Below, piece after piece: positions 20,742-29,323 of a stretch of DNA of 64,000 bases. Source of the DNA: Nitrospirota bacterium (GTDB taxonomy: Bacteria > Nitrospirota > Thermodesulfovibrionia > Thermodesulfovibrionales > Dissulfurispiraceae). The stretch spans positions 352,001-416,000 of the forward strand of contig CAVPZX010000005.1 in NCBI GenBank assembly GCA_963710375.1, in the 5' to 3' direction. The notes under the pieces are model-generated. The model was not told where the DNA came from. It did not search any database and saw only the letters and a program-made list of their open reading frames with translations. Position numbers and translations under genes: made by a program. Numbering within the stretch: the first letter of the stretch is position 1; the number at the start of each line of letters is the position of its first letter.

Positions 20742-20828
20742 AAGGTTAAGGTTGAGGTTGAGACAGATAATGTATAAGGGATTTAACTAAAGTCTTTTTT
20801 TCTTAACCTTAACCTTAACCTTGACCTG
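20742..20828. repeat. inverted short-tandem-repeat hairpin, 6-bp unit AGGTTR
   Basis: AAGGTTAAGGTTGAGGTTGAG ... CTTAACCTTAACCTTAACCTTGACCTG. Confidence 0.9.
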
Positions 20829-20846
20829 TTTTCTCCGGGGTGAAGT

Positions 20847-21419
20847 GTGAGCAAAAAAGAAAAGTGTGATCATCTAATCTCTCATTACAGTAAGCTTATC
20901 GAATCAAACCCGAATGATTACAGGGCATACAACAATCGCGGCAACGCATACCAGAAGTGTGGGGAATATGATCTCGCTCTTGCCGATTACGATGGGGCCC
21001 TCGAGCTGAACCCGTCATTCGACCTTTGCTACATCAACAGGGGCAACACGTACCAAAAGACAGGCGATTACGAACGTGCAATCGCAGACTATGACAGAGC
21101 GATCGCGCTGAATCCGGAAAACAGCATGGCCTATAACAACAGGGGCTTTGTGTACATGTTAATGCAAAAAAACAAGGAAGCGGAGAGGGACATTAATAAA
21201 TCAATAGAAATCAATCCGAACAATATATATGCCCTGAACAGTATGGCTGAATTTTGTGCTGCCCAACAAAATGCACAGGAGGCGTGCAAATGGCTGAAGA
21301 AGGCCATTGACAAGGGATATAACAACTGGGGATACATCAAATCCTCCCAAACCTACGACAACATACGCTCCGCCGCCTGTTTCAAAGAAATACTGAAGGC
21401 AATAGGCAATAGGCTATAG
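20847..21419 (+). CDS. tetratricopeptide repeat protein
   Basis: Repeated AYNNRG..Y..A..DY..A..LNP units. Confidence 0.92.
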   Translation: MSKKEKCDHLISHYSKLIESNPNDYRAYNNRGNAYQKCGEYDLALADYDGALELNPSFDLCYINRGNTYQKTGDYERAIADYDRAIALNPENSMAYNNRGFVYMLMQKNKEAERDINKSIEINPNNIYALNSMAEFCAAQQNAQEACKWLKKAIDKGYNNWGYIKSSQTYDNIRSAACFKEILKAIGNRL

Positions 21420-21819
21420 GCGATGGGAAAAAATGGTTTCAAGGATTTGATTGTTTGGCAAAAAGCTAAAGCTCTTGCAGTTTATATTTACAAAATATCT
21501 GAAGAAGGATCTATAGGTCGAGATTTTGGTTTGAAAGATCAGATTCGGCGAAGCGTTGTAAGTATAGCGAGCAATTTGGCAGAAGGAGATGAACGCGATA
21601 CAGATAAAGAATCTGTGCGTTTTTTTTATATTGCAAAAGGATCACTTGCCGAACTGCAAACTCAGATCCAAATTGCTAATGAGGTAGGTTATTTGGAAAA
21701 GAACATTTATGAACAATGTGAGAAATGTTGTAAAGAATTGGGGAAAATGATAGGCAGTCTCATCAAAGCGAGAACGAAATCCAATAACCTATAGCCCATC
21801 GCCTATAGCCTATTGCCTG
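21397..21819. mobile_element. cassette of a four-helix-bundle gene bracketed by inverted 7-bp-unit arrays
   Basis: Perfect 24-bp IR: AGGCAATAGGCTATAGGCGATGGG (21404-21427) and CCCATCGCCTATAGCCTATTGCCT (21795-21818); mobility is inferred. Confidence 0.65.
21423..21794 (+). CDS. four helix bundle protein (23S rRNA intervening-sequence protein family)
   Basis: FKDLIVWQKA, DQIRRSVVSIASNLAEG, FFYIAKGSLAELQTQ motifs; visibly AT-rich relative to neighbours. Confidence 0.93.
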   Translation: MGKNGFKDLIVWQKAKALAVYIYKISEEGSIGRDFGLKDQIRRSVVSIASNLAEGDERDTDKESVRFFYIAKGSLAELQTQIQIANEVGYLEKNIYEQCEKCCKELGKMIGSLIKARTKSNNL

Positions 21820-21913
21820 TCTTTTTGTGTTTTTTTTCACATTTATGTAGTATTATTGCTACATTCTCTTCCAGGTACTGTTTTATTATTACTGCATATC
21901 CAAGTAGTTATGC

Positions 21914-21930
21914 TCGGCATATTTTTTGCT
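21914..21930 (+). promoter_or_regulatory. putative sigma-54 (-24/-12) promoter upstream of porin
   Basis: TCGGCATATTTTTTGCT, GG-N10-GC spacing. Confidence 0.45.
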
Positions 21931-22191
21931 CTTTATCTTCTTGGGATTATTGCGTTCTTTGAAACCTCGCTGGTCGTAATTTTCTTGACTATTTGCTATG
22001 AAGCGGTTAAACTATGCCAGTTTTCATAAAACCTTTTACTTTTTTATAAGGCTTGTTTCCGTTGGCGGAAACAAAATCCACGGAAGAAAGGGGGGGTGAT
22101 ATAAGAAGATAAAAAACGGATAATGTAGAAGTCAGAGGATTTAAAATCCGCCTTTGGCGGACAAACTGAACTAACCTCAGGAGGTTAGGAA

Positions 22192-23739
22192 GTGAAAAAG
22201 TACTTATCAATTCTTTTAGCTATGTTGTGTGTCTTCGGCTTTGCAGCCAGCGCTTTTGCTATGCATGCCGACATCCCTTCAGAAACAACGGCGGCCATAG
22301 CCCAAGGCAGTACCCAGATAACAATAAGCGGTCAAATCAGGGCTAGATACAATTGGCAGCACACGGGTTTTAACAGTAACGATAACCAAGTCGAGTCAGC
22401 TTATATGGATGAGCGCATAAGACTCGGCGTCCTGGCCGTATTGAGTCCGAACACAACCGGTTTTATTGAGCTTTCGAGCGAGGCCGATCCAGCTTCATCC
22501 GGCACAGCTTCGTATGATAATATGTATGGCGGTTCGGGAGGCACAGGCGTTGGAGGATCCGGCAAGTCTGATTCTTACGGCCTGGCTGGTGGAGTGGGCA
22601 ATGAGTTGAAGGGAACCGTTGCCATTCGTAACATGTGGATACTGTACAAAGGCACAGGCCTGCTCGGCGTGGAGTCTGGAATTAAGGTCGGTCATATGCC
22701 GATGAGCCTTGGCAGCGGTCTGTTCTTTGACCACACCTATTTTGGCGACGACGGTATTATTGCATACGTGTTCCCTGTCAAAGAGCTTGAGGTTGCCGGA
22801 GTGGTAAACATTGCAGAAGTGGATGGTATAAACAATCCTCCATTGGGTTCTGCATTAAACACATCCTTAAGCAATAAGGCCACCGGATATGTCTTATTGG
22901 CAAATTATAAACCAAGCAAAACCACGTCTATCAGTGGCGACGTAACTTTCTTTAATGTACAGAATGCCGGCGAGACGACCACCACTACTAACGATTTCGG
23001 CAGTATTCACCTTTGGAACTTTGCTCTAAGAGGCAACACCGAGGTTTCAGGCGTGAGACTTAAGATCGATGGTGAACTCCAGGCAGGAGACTTTTTAACT
23101 TCGTTTACTCCAAGCACGACCCACACCACCGTGCCTGCCACTACTTTGCACGGCTATGCAGTGCAAGGAGGCATAGGCTATACAGTTGATCCTGTAATGC
23201 TCGACCTTGAGGTTGGGTATGGCAGCGGTGACAGCGGCAAGAATTCGACCAAAGCTAACTCCTTCTATACTGCGGAGGGTCCGGAGTCGACCTTTGGCGA
23301 TCCTTACAGGTACAGCCATGGAGTACAAGGCCCTTATGTGTATAATTACCGTACCGTCAATGCCGCAGGCATCCAGTACGGCGGTCTTTCAAACACCATG
23401 TATGTTAGAGTCGGCGGCAATGCTGATCTAACAAAGGGCCTGAATTTTGATGCCGCATTTTTCTACCTTTCGGCTGCTAATGCAATCACATCATCAAATG
23501 TTGGTTTATACGGCTTTTCAGCCTCTAACGTAGCGGCCGCGGGATATAAGGCCAGCCATGACATAGGTGAAGAAATTGACGCAAAACTCACCTACAAACT
23601 CGACAAAGGACTTCAGACCTGGGTCGAAGGTGGCTACCTTTGGGCAGGAGACTTCTGGAAAGCAGTTTCAACAGTTACACCCGGACAGAGTCCGAGCAAT
23701 TGCTACACAGCAAGGACCGGTATACAGTTAGACTTCTAA
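22192..23739 (+). CDS. outer-membrane beta-barrel (porin-like) protein
   Basis: Signal peptide ASAFA, amphipathic beta strands, C-terminal GIQLDF. Confidence 0.75.
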   Translation: MKKYLSILLAMLCVFGFAASAFAMHADIPSETTAAIAQGSTQITISGQIRARYNWQHTGFNSNDNQVESAYMDERIRLGVLAVLSPNTTGFIELSSEADPASSGTASYDNMYGGSGGTGVGGSGKSDSYGLAGGVGNELKGTVAIRNMWILYKGTGLLGVESGIKVGHMPMSLGSGLFFDHTYFGDDGIIAYVFPVKELEVAGVVNIAEVDGINNPPLGSALNTSLSNKATGYVLLANYKPSKTTSISGDVTFFNVQNAGETTTTTNDFGSIHLWNFALRGNTEVSGVRLKIDGELQAGDFLTSFTPSTTHTTVPATTLHGYAVQGGIGYTVDPVMLDLEVGYGSGDSGKNSTKANSFYTAEGPESTFGDPYRYSHGVQGPYVYNYRTVNAAGIQYGGLSNTMYVRVGGNADLTKGLNFDAAFFYLSAANAITSSNVGLYGFSASNVAAAGYKASHDIGEEIDAKLTYKLDKGLQTWVEGGYLWAGDFWKAVSTVTPGQSPSNCYTARTGIQLDF

Positions 23740-23787
23740 AAACAGTGATCGGTTATGCGTAACGCGTAATGTGTGAACGCAGTATCC

Positions 23788-23820
23788 AAGGCGGGTCGAA
23801 AGACCCGCCTTTCTTTTTTT
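23788..23820 (+). terminator. intrinsic terminator
   Basis: AAGGCGGGTC-GAAA-GACCCGCCTT followed by T tract. Confidence 0.85.
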
Positions 23821-24685
23821 ATTTATGGCATTTGCCGCAGTCTGTTACTGATGTCGCAATTGTACCGTTATGGCAGGCTCCGCACTGTTTACCCTTGTTC
23901 ATCGCATCCATGGTCATTTTGCCCTGAGTTTTTTTCATGGTAAATATTTTCGGATGGCACTTAGCGCAGGAGAATACGCCGGTATGAAAAGTATGGCTGA
24001 ATGTGACCGGTCCCATGTCTTTCACCTTGTAAACCAGCGGGGCTTTCGGCGCGGGCGTCTTTGCATGGCATTTCGTACAATCAGTGGAAGCAAAAGCCGT
24101 CTTACCGTTATGGCATGCGCCGCAGTATTTGCCCTTATAAAGGTCTCCCATGGTGATCTTATCCTGTCCTTTTTTCAGGGCAAAGAGCTTTGCGTGGCAA
24201 TCCGCGCATTTAAAAGTTGTCGTGTGTACCGCATGCTCAAAATTGACTGCTGAATCACCGGCCCCCAGTACAATTGCCTTCTTTGGAGCCTGAAATGACC
24301 AGGCAACAGGTTTGGCTTTTGCCGCAGCCGCAGCCTCTTTCAGGCCGCCATGACAGCGGGCGCACTCTGTGTTTGAAGCAAAGGCTGTCTTTCCGTTATG
24401 GCATGCGCCGCAGTACTTGCCCTTATAAAGCGCATCCATGGTAAAATCCTCTTTACTCTGCGCTGCCAGCGCCTTCATTTCAAAAAGTTTCATATGACAC
24501 ATATCGCAGCCTAGTTTTTTGTCTTCCACATGCAGCTTGTGGCTGAAAAGCACCGACTTAACAGGTTTCGTATACAGGATGTCCCCTCCGTAGGAAACAG
24601 CTTCCCCGGCAAGAGCCCTTCCAGAAGGCAGAAGGAAAAGCGCTATCACAATAATGAGCAAGTGGACAATTGGTATTTTTATCAT
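23819..24685 (-). CDS. periplasmic nonaheme cytochrome c (three c7-like triheme domains)
   Basis: Signal peptide; nine CxxCH in three repeats, each containing CGACHNG. Confidence 0.9.
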   Translation of the reverse strand: MIKIPIVHLLIIVIALFLLPSGRALAGEAVSYGGDILYTKPVKSVLFSHKLHVEDKKLGCDMCHMKLFEMKALAAQSKEDFTMDALYKGKYCGACHNGKTAFASNTECARCHGGLKEAAAAAKAKPVAWSFQAPKKAIVLGAGDSAVNFEHAVHTTTFKCADCHAKLFALKKGQDKITMGDLYKGKYCGACHNGKTAFASTDCTKCHAKTPAPKAPLVYKVKDMGPVTFSHTFHTGVFSCAKCHPKIFTMKKTQGKMTMDAMNKGKQCGACHNGTIATSVTDCGKCHK

Positions 24686-24706
24686 ATGTGACCCCTATTA
24701 AATATA

Positions 24707-25462
24707 TTATCCCTTTGTGTAAAAGACATTGGGTAGTGCTCCAACATCAGGGCGTAAAACCCATACCACTTTATCCAGTTGGTGCACCATTTTGTAGACC
24801 TCGCTGGCGGGGTCTGATAAATCTCCGAAATTCCTCGTCTTGGTCGGACATGCCGCAGCACAGGCAGTCAGTTTTTCACCCTTGGAGAGGCGGGTGTCAT
24901 AACAGAAATTGCACTTGTCAATGGCATGCCTCTCTTCATTAAAATACCGTGCATTGTACGGGCAAGCCAGCATGCAGGTCTTGCAGCCGATGCATTTATA
25001 GCTTATCATTAGGACAATCCCTGTTTTCTCGTCCTTGAAGGTCGCCCTCGTCGGGCAGGCCCTGACGCATGGGGGATTATTGCATTGGTTGCAAAGTACT
25101 GGAATAAATTCCCTCGTCCTGCCTATGGCATCCGGGACATCTTTTTCGAGTATCCTCGTCCGGTAACCATACGAGGGCACTTCGTTTGTTATGCGGCAGG
25201 CCTCGAGACATCGCCCGCAGTCAATGCACCTGTCCTGCCTCAGCACCATCCCATAATGCGGCTTGTACGGATACTTTTCAGCCGCCTCCTCAGGGGATGC
25301 GAAAACTTTGTTCAGATTCGACATCACAGAGAATACCGTGCCTCCCGCGAACACTCCTGTAATTATCAGTCCCACCCTCAGGAATTCCCTGCGCTCCATA
25401 GGCGAGACAGAGTCCATACTCTCCTTTTTTAGTTTCTCGAAATCTATTTTCCCGTTCTTCAT
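24707..25462 (-). CDS. 4Fe-4S dicluster protein (NrfC/DsrO-like)
   Basis: CIDCGRC, CNQCNNPPCVRACP, CIGCKTCMLACP, CNFC; ERREFLR Tat-like motif. Confidence 0.9.
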   Translation of the reverse strand: MKNGKIDFEKLKKESMDSVSPMERREFLRVGLIITGVFAGGTVFSVMSNLNKVFASPEEAAEKYPYKPHYGMVLRQDRCIDCGRCLEACRITNEVPSYGYRTRILEKDVPDAIGRTREFIPVLCNQCNNPPCVRACPTRATFKDEKTGIVLMISYKCIGCKTCMLACPYNARYFNEERHAIDKCNFCYDTRLSKGEKLTACAAACPTKTRNFGDLSDPASEVYKMVHQLDKVVWVLRPDVGALPNVFYTKG

Positions 25463-25486
25463 TGTCTAACCTCCGTTTTCTGCAGT

Positions 25487-26740
25487 TTAATGTATCTCGC
25501 TCTTGTGCCCGCGGAAGACCTTCTCTCCCATCATGAATGTCGTGGCTGTCAATCCCATGCCGGCCAGGACAATAAGTATCTCATGGAAAGAAGGGGTATA
25601 TGACAACAACCCGGGATATTCCTTGACACCAAGATCATGATAGACAGGTACAAGCTCTCCGATTACCAGGAGATCGTACCTCATAAAGAAGATTGCGAAA
25701 ATCATCATGGCGGAAGCGAGGAATGCTATATTGATATTCTTACCTTTGGAGGTCAGCAAGATCACGAACGGGATAATCAATCCCATAAGTATCTCTATAA
25801 CCCAGAAATTGAAAGCATAGGAGCCGCTCATCATAGCCGTGAGGGCCTCGATTTTATCGGGTCCACCTACCAGGCCGGTGAGGATCTTCCAGGCGACAAG
25901 AAATAGAGTCACCACGATCATAAGCATTAAGAGTTTTGAGATGGCCTCCATGGAGCGGAGCATAGGCCTGTCCATCTTCTCGTTTGTGATCTTGTACCCC
26001 AGCCACGTAAAGAAGATGATTGTGGCGCACCCCGACATGATCGCCGAAGCGATGAAATAAACGGGCAGGAACGGTCCGTACCAGTATTCACGCGCGTGCA
26101 GCATACCAAAGATAGCGCCCAGGTTGCTGTGTGCACTGACACCGGAGATCAACCCTGCCAGCCCGAAATAGGTGGCGAATTTGTGGTTATCCAACAAAAG
26201 GAAGATGAACTCGACAATCATGAAAAACATATATGCGCCGTAAAGGGTGCCCATCCACCAGATATTGGAGGTCAGCCCCGGTGAGATCACATTGTAAAGG
26301 GCCATTCTAAAGGGGTTCTCTATCTCGAATAAAATCACGGTGAACCCCGCTACGATGGTGACGATCGAGAGGAAGACCGCCCGCTTTGCGATGGGCATAA
26401 AGTTCTTGACGCCGAAAACATGCCCGATGGATGAAACTATACAAAGACCGGTGGATGTTACCACAAAGAAGATGTAGGTTGAAATCAGTATGCCCCAGGG
26501 TACCTCCCTGCTTACTCCATATGCATTCAGGTACCCTATACGGACCGCATCCAAAGCTCCGAGGGAACCGGCGTATACGATGATAACACCTATGCCTAAC
26601 AGAACATAAAAGGACTTGCTGCCTGAAAGGAACCCGGTCATAGTGGAATACCATTCCACCAGGAACGAGGACTTCAAAGACTTTGTCAGGCTATCCATTA
26701 TTTCCGAGGTTTTCACAGGTGGTTTTGACTCATTTTCCAT
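25487..26740 (-). CDS. NrfD/PsrC-family membrane subunit
   Basis: VPWGILISTYIFF, SNIWWMG; polytopic membrane protein upstream of an NrfC-like gene. Confidence 0.88.
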   Translation of the reverse strand: MENESKPPVKTSEIMDSLTKSLKSSFLVEWYSTMTGFLSGSKSFYVLLGIGVIIVYAGSLGALDAVRIGYLNAYGVSREVPWGILISTYIFFVVTSTGLCIVSSIGHVFGVKNFMPIAKRAVFLSIVTIVAGFTVILFEIENPFRMALYNVISPGLTSNIWWMGTLYGAYMFFMIVEFIFLLLDNHKFATYFGLAGLISGVSAHSNLGAIFGMLHAREYWYGPFLPVYFIASAIMSGCATIIFFTWLGYKITNEKMDRPMLRSMEAISKLLMLMIVVTLFLVAWKILTGLVGGPDKIEALTAMMSGSYAFNFWVIEILMGLIIPFVILLTSKGKNINIAFLASAMMIFAIFFMRYDLLVIGELVPVYHDLGVKEYPGLLSYTPSFHEILIVLAGMGLTATTFMMGEKVFRGHKSEIH

Positions 26741-26753
26741 AACTCCTCCTTAA

Positions 26754-26933
26754 GGGCTCGCGAATAAATACCTTGTACATTGATGCATCTCGGATTTAGG
26801 CCATCTTTGCCCGATCCTCAGTCACAAAATCCTCAACGTAGCTATGCTACGCCTGCGGTTTTGCTCAGTCGGATCAGCCAAATCTGACCCAAATCCGAGC
26901 GCCTGAATGCACAAGGTATTTATTCGCGAGCCC
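26754..26933. mobile_element. 180-bp palindromic MITE-like element, 23-bp perfect TIRs
   Basis: GGGCTCGCGAATAAATACCTTGT ... ACAAGGTATTTATTCGCGAGCCC; interior also pairs (CTCGGATTT/AAATCCGAG). Confidence 0.8.
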
Positions 26934-27024
26934 GTATCTTTTTAAAAGCTTGCTGTGTGCTCAAAACCTTTTTGCTAATCCCACAGCTGGCTGCGGGATT
27001 GATAAACCGAGACACTTTTAGTCT

Positions 27025-27066
27025 ATCATTAAAAACCGCCGGTGCGCTCCGGCGGTTTTTAATGAT
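27025..27066. terminator. bidirectional terminator-like hairpin
   Basis: ATCATTAAAAACCGCCGG-TGCGCT-CCGGCGGTTTTTAATGAT, 18-bp perfect stem. Confidence 0.75.
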
Positions 27067-27139
27067 ACAGGCGTCTTATTCCGCAAACTGCCCCTTCCAC
27101 TCTTTTGTGCAGACAAGTGGAAATCCATCTTCCGTTATA

Positions 27140-27472
27140 TTATATCTTTTCCGCTACCCTATGGGTCTCAGGTATCGCCACTTTACTGGCCTTCACAGCG
27201 TCTGCGATGAAACCCGCTGCCCATCCCAGCACACCAAGGCCGACAACAAAGACGACAGCGGTCATCAGTACTCCCGCTATCATGGAAAAGGCGACAATCA
27301 GCCGCGGCATTATAGCCCCTGCCACTATAGGCCCAAACATGCCCTCCGCAATCTTCAATCCGACATACCCTCCGACAAATGAGCCTGGAAGCACTCCTAC
27401 CAGTACCAACAGAACCAGTCCCATACCTGTCCCAATATACAATCCTTTCTTTGCCATATCATTCGTTGCCAT
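27140..27472 (-). CDS. small Gly-rich membrane protein (paralog of 27889-28227)
   Basis: RBS AGGAGG; MAKKGLY..LPGSFVGG shared with paralog. Confidence 0.8.
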   Translation of the reverse strand: MATNDMAKKGLYIGTGMGLVLLVLVGVLPGSFVGGYVGLKIAEGMFGPIVAGAIMPRLIVAFSMIAGVLMTAVVFVVGLGVLGWAAGFIADAVKASKVAIPETHRVAEKI

Positions 27473-27499
27473 TTTTACTCCCCTCCTTATTTATATTTG

Positions 27500-27853
27500 C
27501 TACCTTTTTTTGCCCTGAATTATTATTTCCTTCTTCACCTCTTTATACGGTGAACTGTAGGAAATGATAATATCGCCGTATTTGCTCTGGAAGTCCAATA
27601 ATTCATCGAGACTGTTGATCTCGACTACCCATTGTTTTGTTTTAGCCTTTTTATCGCATACGATCATTCCGTTTTCTTCCCTGTGATTTTCGCCTTCAGC
27701 GATCCAATCCTTATACCAGATTTTTCCCTTTGCCTCATCTAGCGTTTTTACATCTCTGTAATCCAAAGGGGTCAGCTCATATTCTTTTGCCTCACTGCAG
27801 GGACTTTTGCTCTCTGTCAGTGACACCCTCGTTCCGCTGATAACAAACAACAT
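27500..27853 (-). CDS. hypothetical protein
   Basis: 117-aa ORF with RBS GAGGAG between the two paralogs. Confidence 0.65.
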   Translation of the reverse strand: MLFVISGTRVSLTESKSPCSEAKEYELTPLDYRDVKTLDEAKGKIWYKDWIAEGENHREENGMIVCDKKAKTKQWVVEINSLDELLDFQSKYGDIIISYSSPYKEVKKEIIIQGKKR

Positions 27854-27888
27854 AATTATTTATCTTCCTCCTCTATTTTTCTATATTA

Positions 27889-28227
27889 TTATTTAACTAC
27901 GGATGTAACTTCTCTTTCAATTCTCTTGCCATGCCTTATCGTATCCACAGCATGCCCGACCAACCAGCCCAACAAAGAGAAGCCCACCACAAAGACCACC
28001 CCTGCTAGCATCACCCCAAGCACCATGGATACACTCACAATGATCCTGGGCAGCACAGATGCAGTCAACGGCAGTCCGAAGATGCGGCCCGCGATGTTAA
28101 GTCCGACCACTCCTCCGATAAAGGAGCCTGGAAGCAACCCTGTAAGTGCGAATAAAACGAGACCAGCCCCTATTCCAGTATATAATCCCTTTTTTGCCAT
28201 CTCTCCTAAACCATTACCGTTTGCCAT
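27889..28227 (-). CDS. small Gly-rich membrane protein
   Basis: RBS AGGAGG; MAKKGLY..LPGSFIGG. Confidence 0.8.
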   Translation of the reverse strand: MANGNGLGEMAKKGLYTGIGAGLVLFALTGLLPGSFIGGVVGLNIAGRIFGLPLTASVLPRIIVSVSMVLGVMLAGVVFVVGFSLLGWLVGHAVDTIRHGKRIEREVTSVVK

Positions 28228-28276
28228 CTTTATGTACCTCCTTACTTATTTGTGGTCGGTGTATCTGTCTTAAATA

Positions 28277-28293
28277 AAGCACTTCTCATGCCA
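28277..28293 (-). promoter_or_regulatory. putative sigma-54 promoter
   Basis: Minus strand TGGCATGAGAAGTGCTT (GG-N10-GC), about 50 nt upstream of 28227. Confidence 0.6.
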
Positions 28294-28408
28294 GCCGTGT
28301 ATGCATTGATTTTAAAAGGTTTTTACCTTGAAATCTTTCGCATGTTTGCAAAACAAGTTGTTTGTATTTGCGCAATTGCTAAAAATCAGATGATTGGATA
28401 GGCTATTG

Positions 28409-29293
28409 TTAATCGCTAAACAGAAAGGGATTTTTAGGCTTGTGACACTTGCCGCAAAGTATTTTGGCCCTGCTTTTTCCCACAAGCCAGGTATGTGGTT
28501 TGTGGCAGTACATACAATCGATCCCTTGCCGAAAGTGCAACGCATGTTGGCCTGAAGAGGTCTTATTGTGGTGGCACTTGTTCACGCAGGTTGCTGCAGC
28601 AGGCTCAACAGCGCTATGCGGTTTGTGGCACGCGTGGCAGAGAAGTCCTGACATCGGACCAGTTTTATGGACTTGAGTGTGGCACCTGTTGCACCGGTCG
28701 TTGGGAATCATCTTAGGTGTTTTTTCGGAGAAAGCATGGCAGCTGAGGCATGAGGACGTATCCATGCCGACCCCGTGAACGCTCTTGTCCTTATGGCAGT
28801 TCTGACACGCTGTTTCAGAGGGTCGGAAATTATGAAATGTTCTCTCATGGCATACCCGGCATGTCAGTTTCTGGAAGAAGACATGCCGGGCATGTCCGTA
28901 CGACTCGGTAGTCGTAACAGAGCCCTGCTCAATACTTTCCATATGGCAACCCTTGCATGCTAACCAGGGTTTTTCACGGCCGTGGGTCTGGGCAAGTGGC
29001 TGAGTGCCTTTTACAACATACGCGATAAGGAGCCGGTTTTTCTCCAGGATGCTCAACTGGTGGCACTTCTGGCAGACCACGTCCCTGTGCTTGCCTTTTT
29101 CCCATTCGATAAAAGCATCTTTCATCAGGTGGCAGGTGGCACAGAACTGCGGGTCGTCCTCCGTATAGCGATTGTACCGGTAGCCGACCAGCAGACTGAG
29201 GATTGCAACAGTTACGAATGCGGCCAGAATAAATCCTTTGACATGCTCCAGCACCTTTTCAAGCAACTCGTCAATTTTGCTCTGTCTTTTCAT
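28409..29293 (-). CDS. membrane-anchored multiheme cytochrome c (NapC/NirT-like N-terminus)
   Basis: N-terminal TM helix; ten CxxCH plus one CxxxCH (CVNKCH). Confidence 0.85.
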   Translation of the reverse strand: MKRQSKIDELLEKVLEHVKGFILAAFVTVAILSLLVGYRYNRYTEDDPQFCATCHLMKDAFIEWEKGKHRDVVCQKCHQLSILEKNRLLIAYVVKGTQPLAQTHGREKPWLACKGCHMESIEQGSVTTTESYGHARHVFFQKLTCRVCHERTFHNFRPSETACQNCHKDKSVHGVGMDTSSCLSCHAFSEKTPKMIPNDRCNRCHTQVHKTGPMSGLLCHACHKPHSAVEPAAATCVNKCHHNKTSSGQHALHFRQGIDCMYCHKPHTWLVGKSRAKILCGKCHKPKNPFLFSD

Positions 29294-29323
29294 ATGAGCT
29301 ATTTTATGAATGCTCCGCTTGAA

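Noticed and set aside
20742..20828. Eukaryotic telomere remnant or contamination ((TTAAGG)n resembles TTAGGG)
   Set aside because: Arrays are short, inverted-paired and embedded in bacterial operons, and other loci use unrelated units.
21423..21794. Diversity-generating retroelement (Avd-like gene)
   Set aside because: No reverse transcriptase and no TR/VR pair seen in the window.
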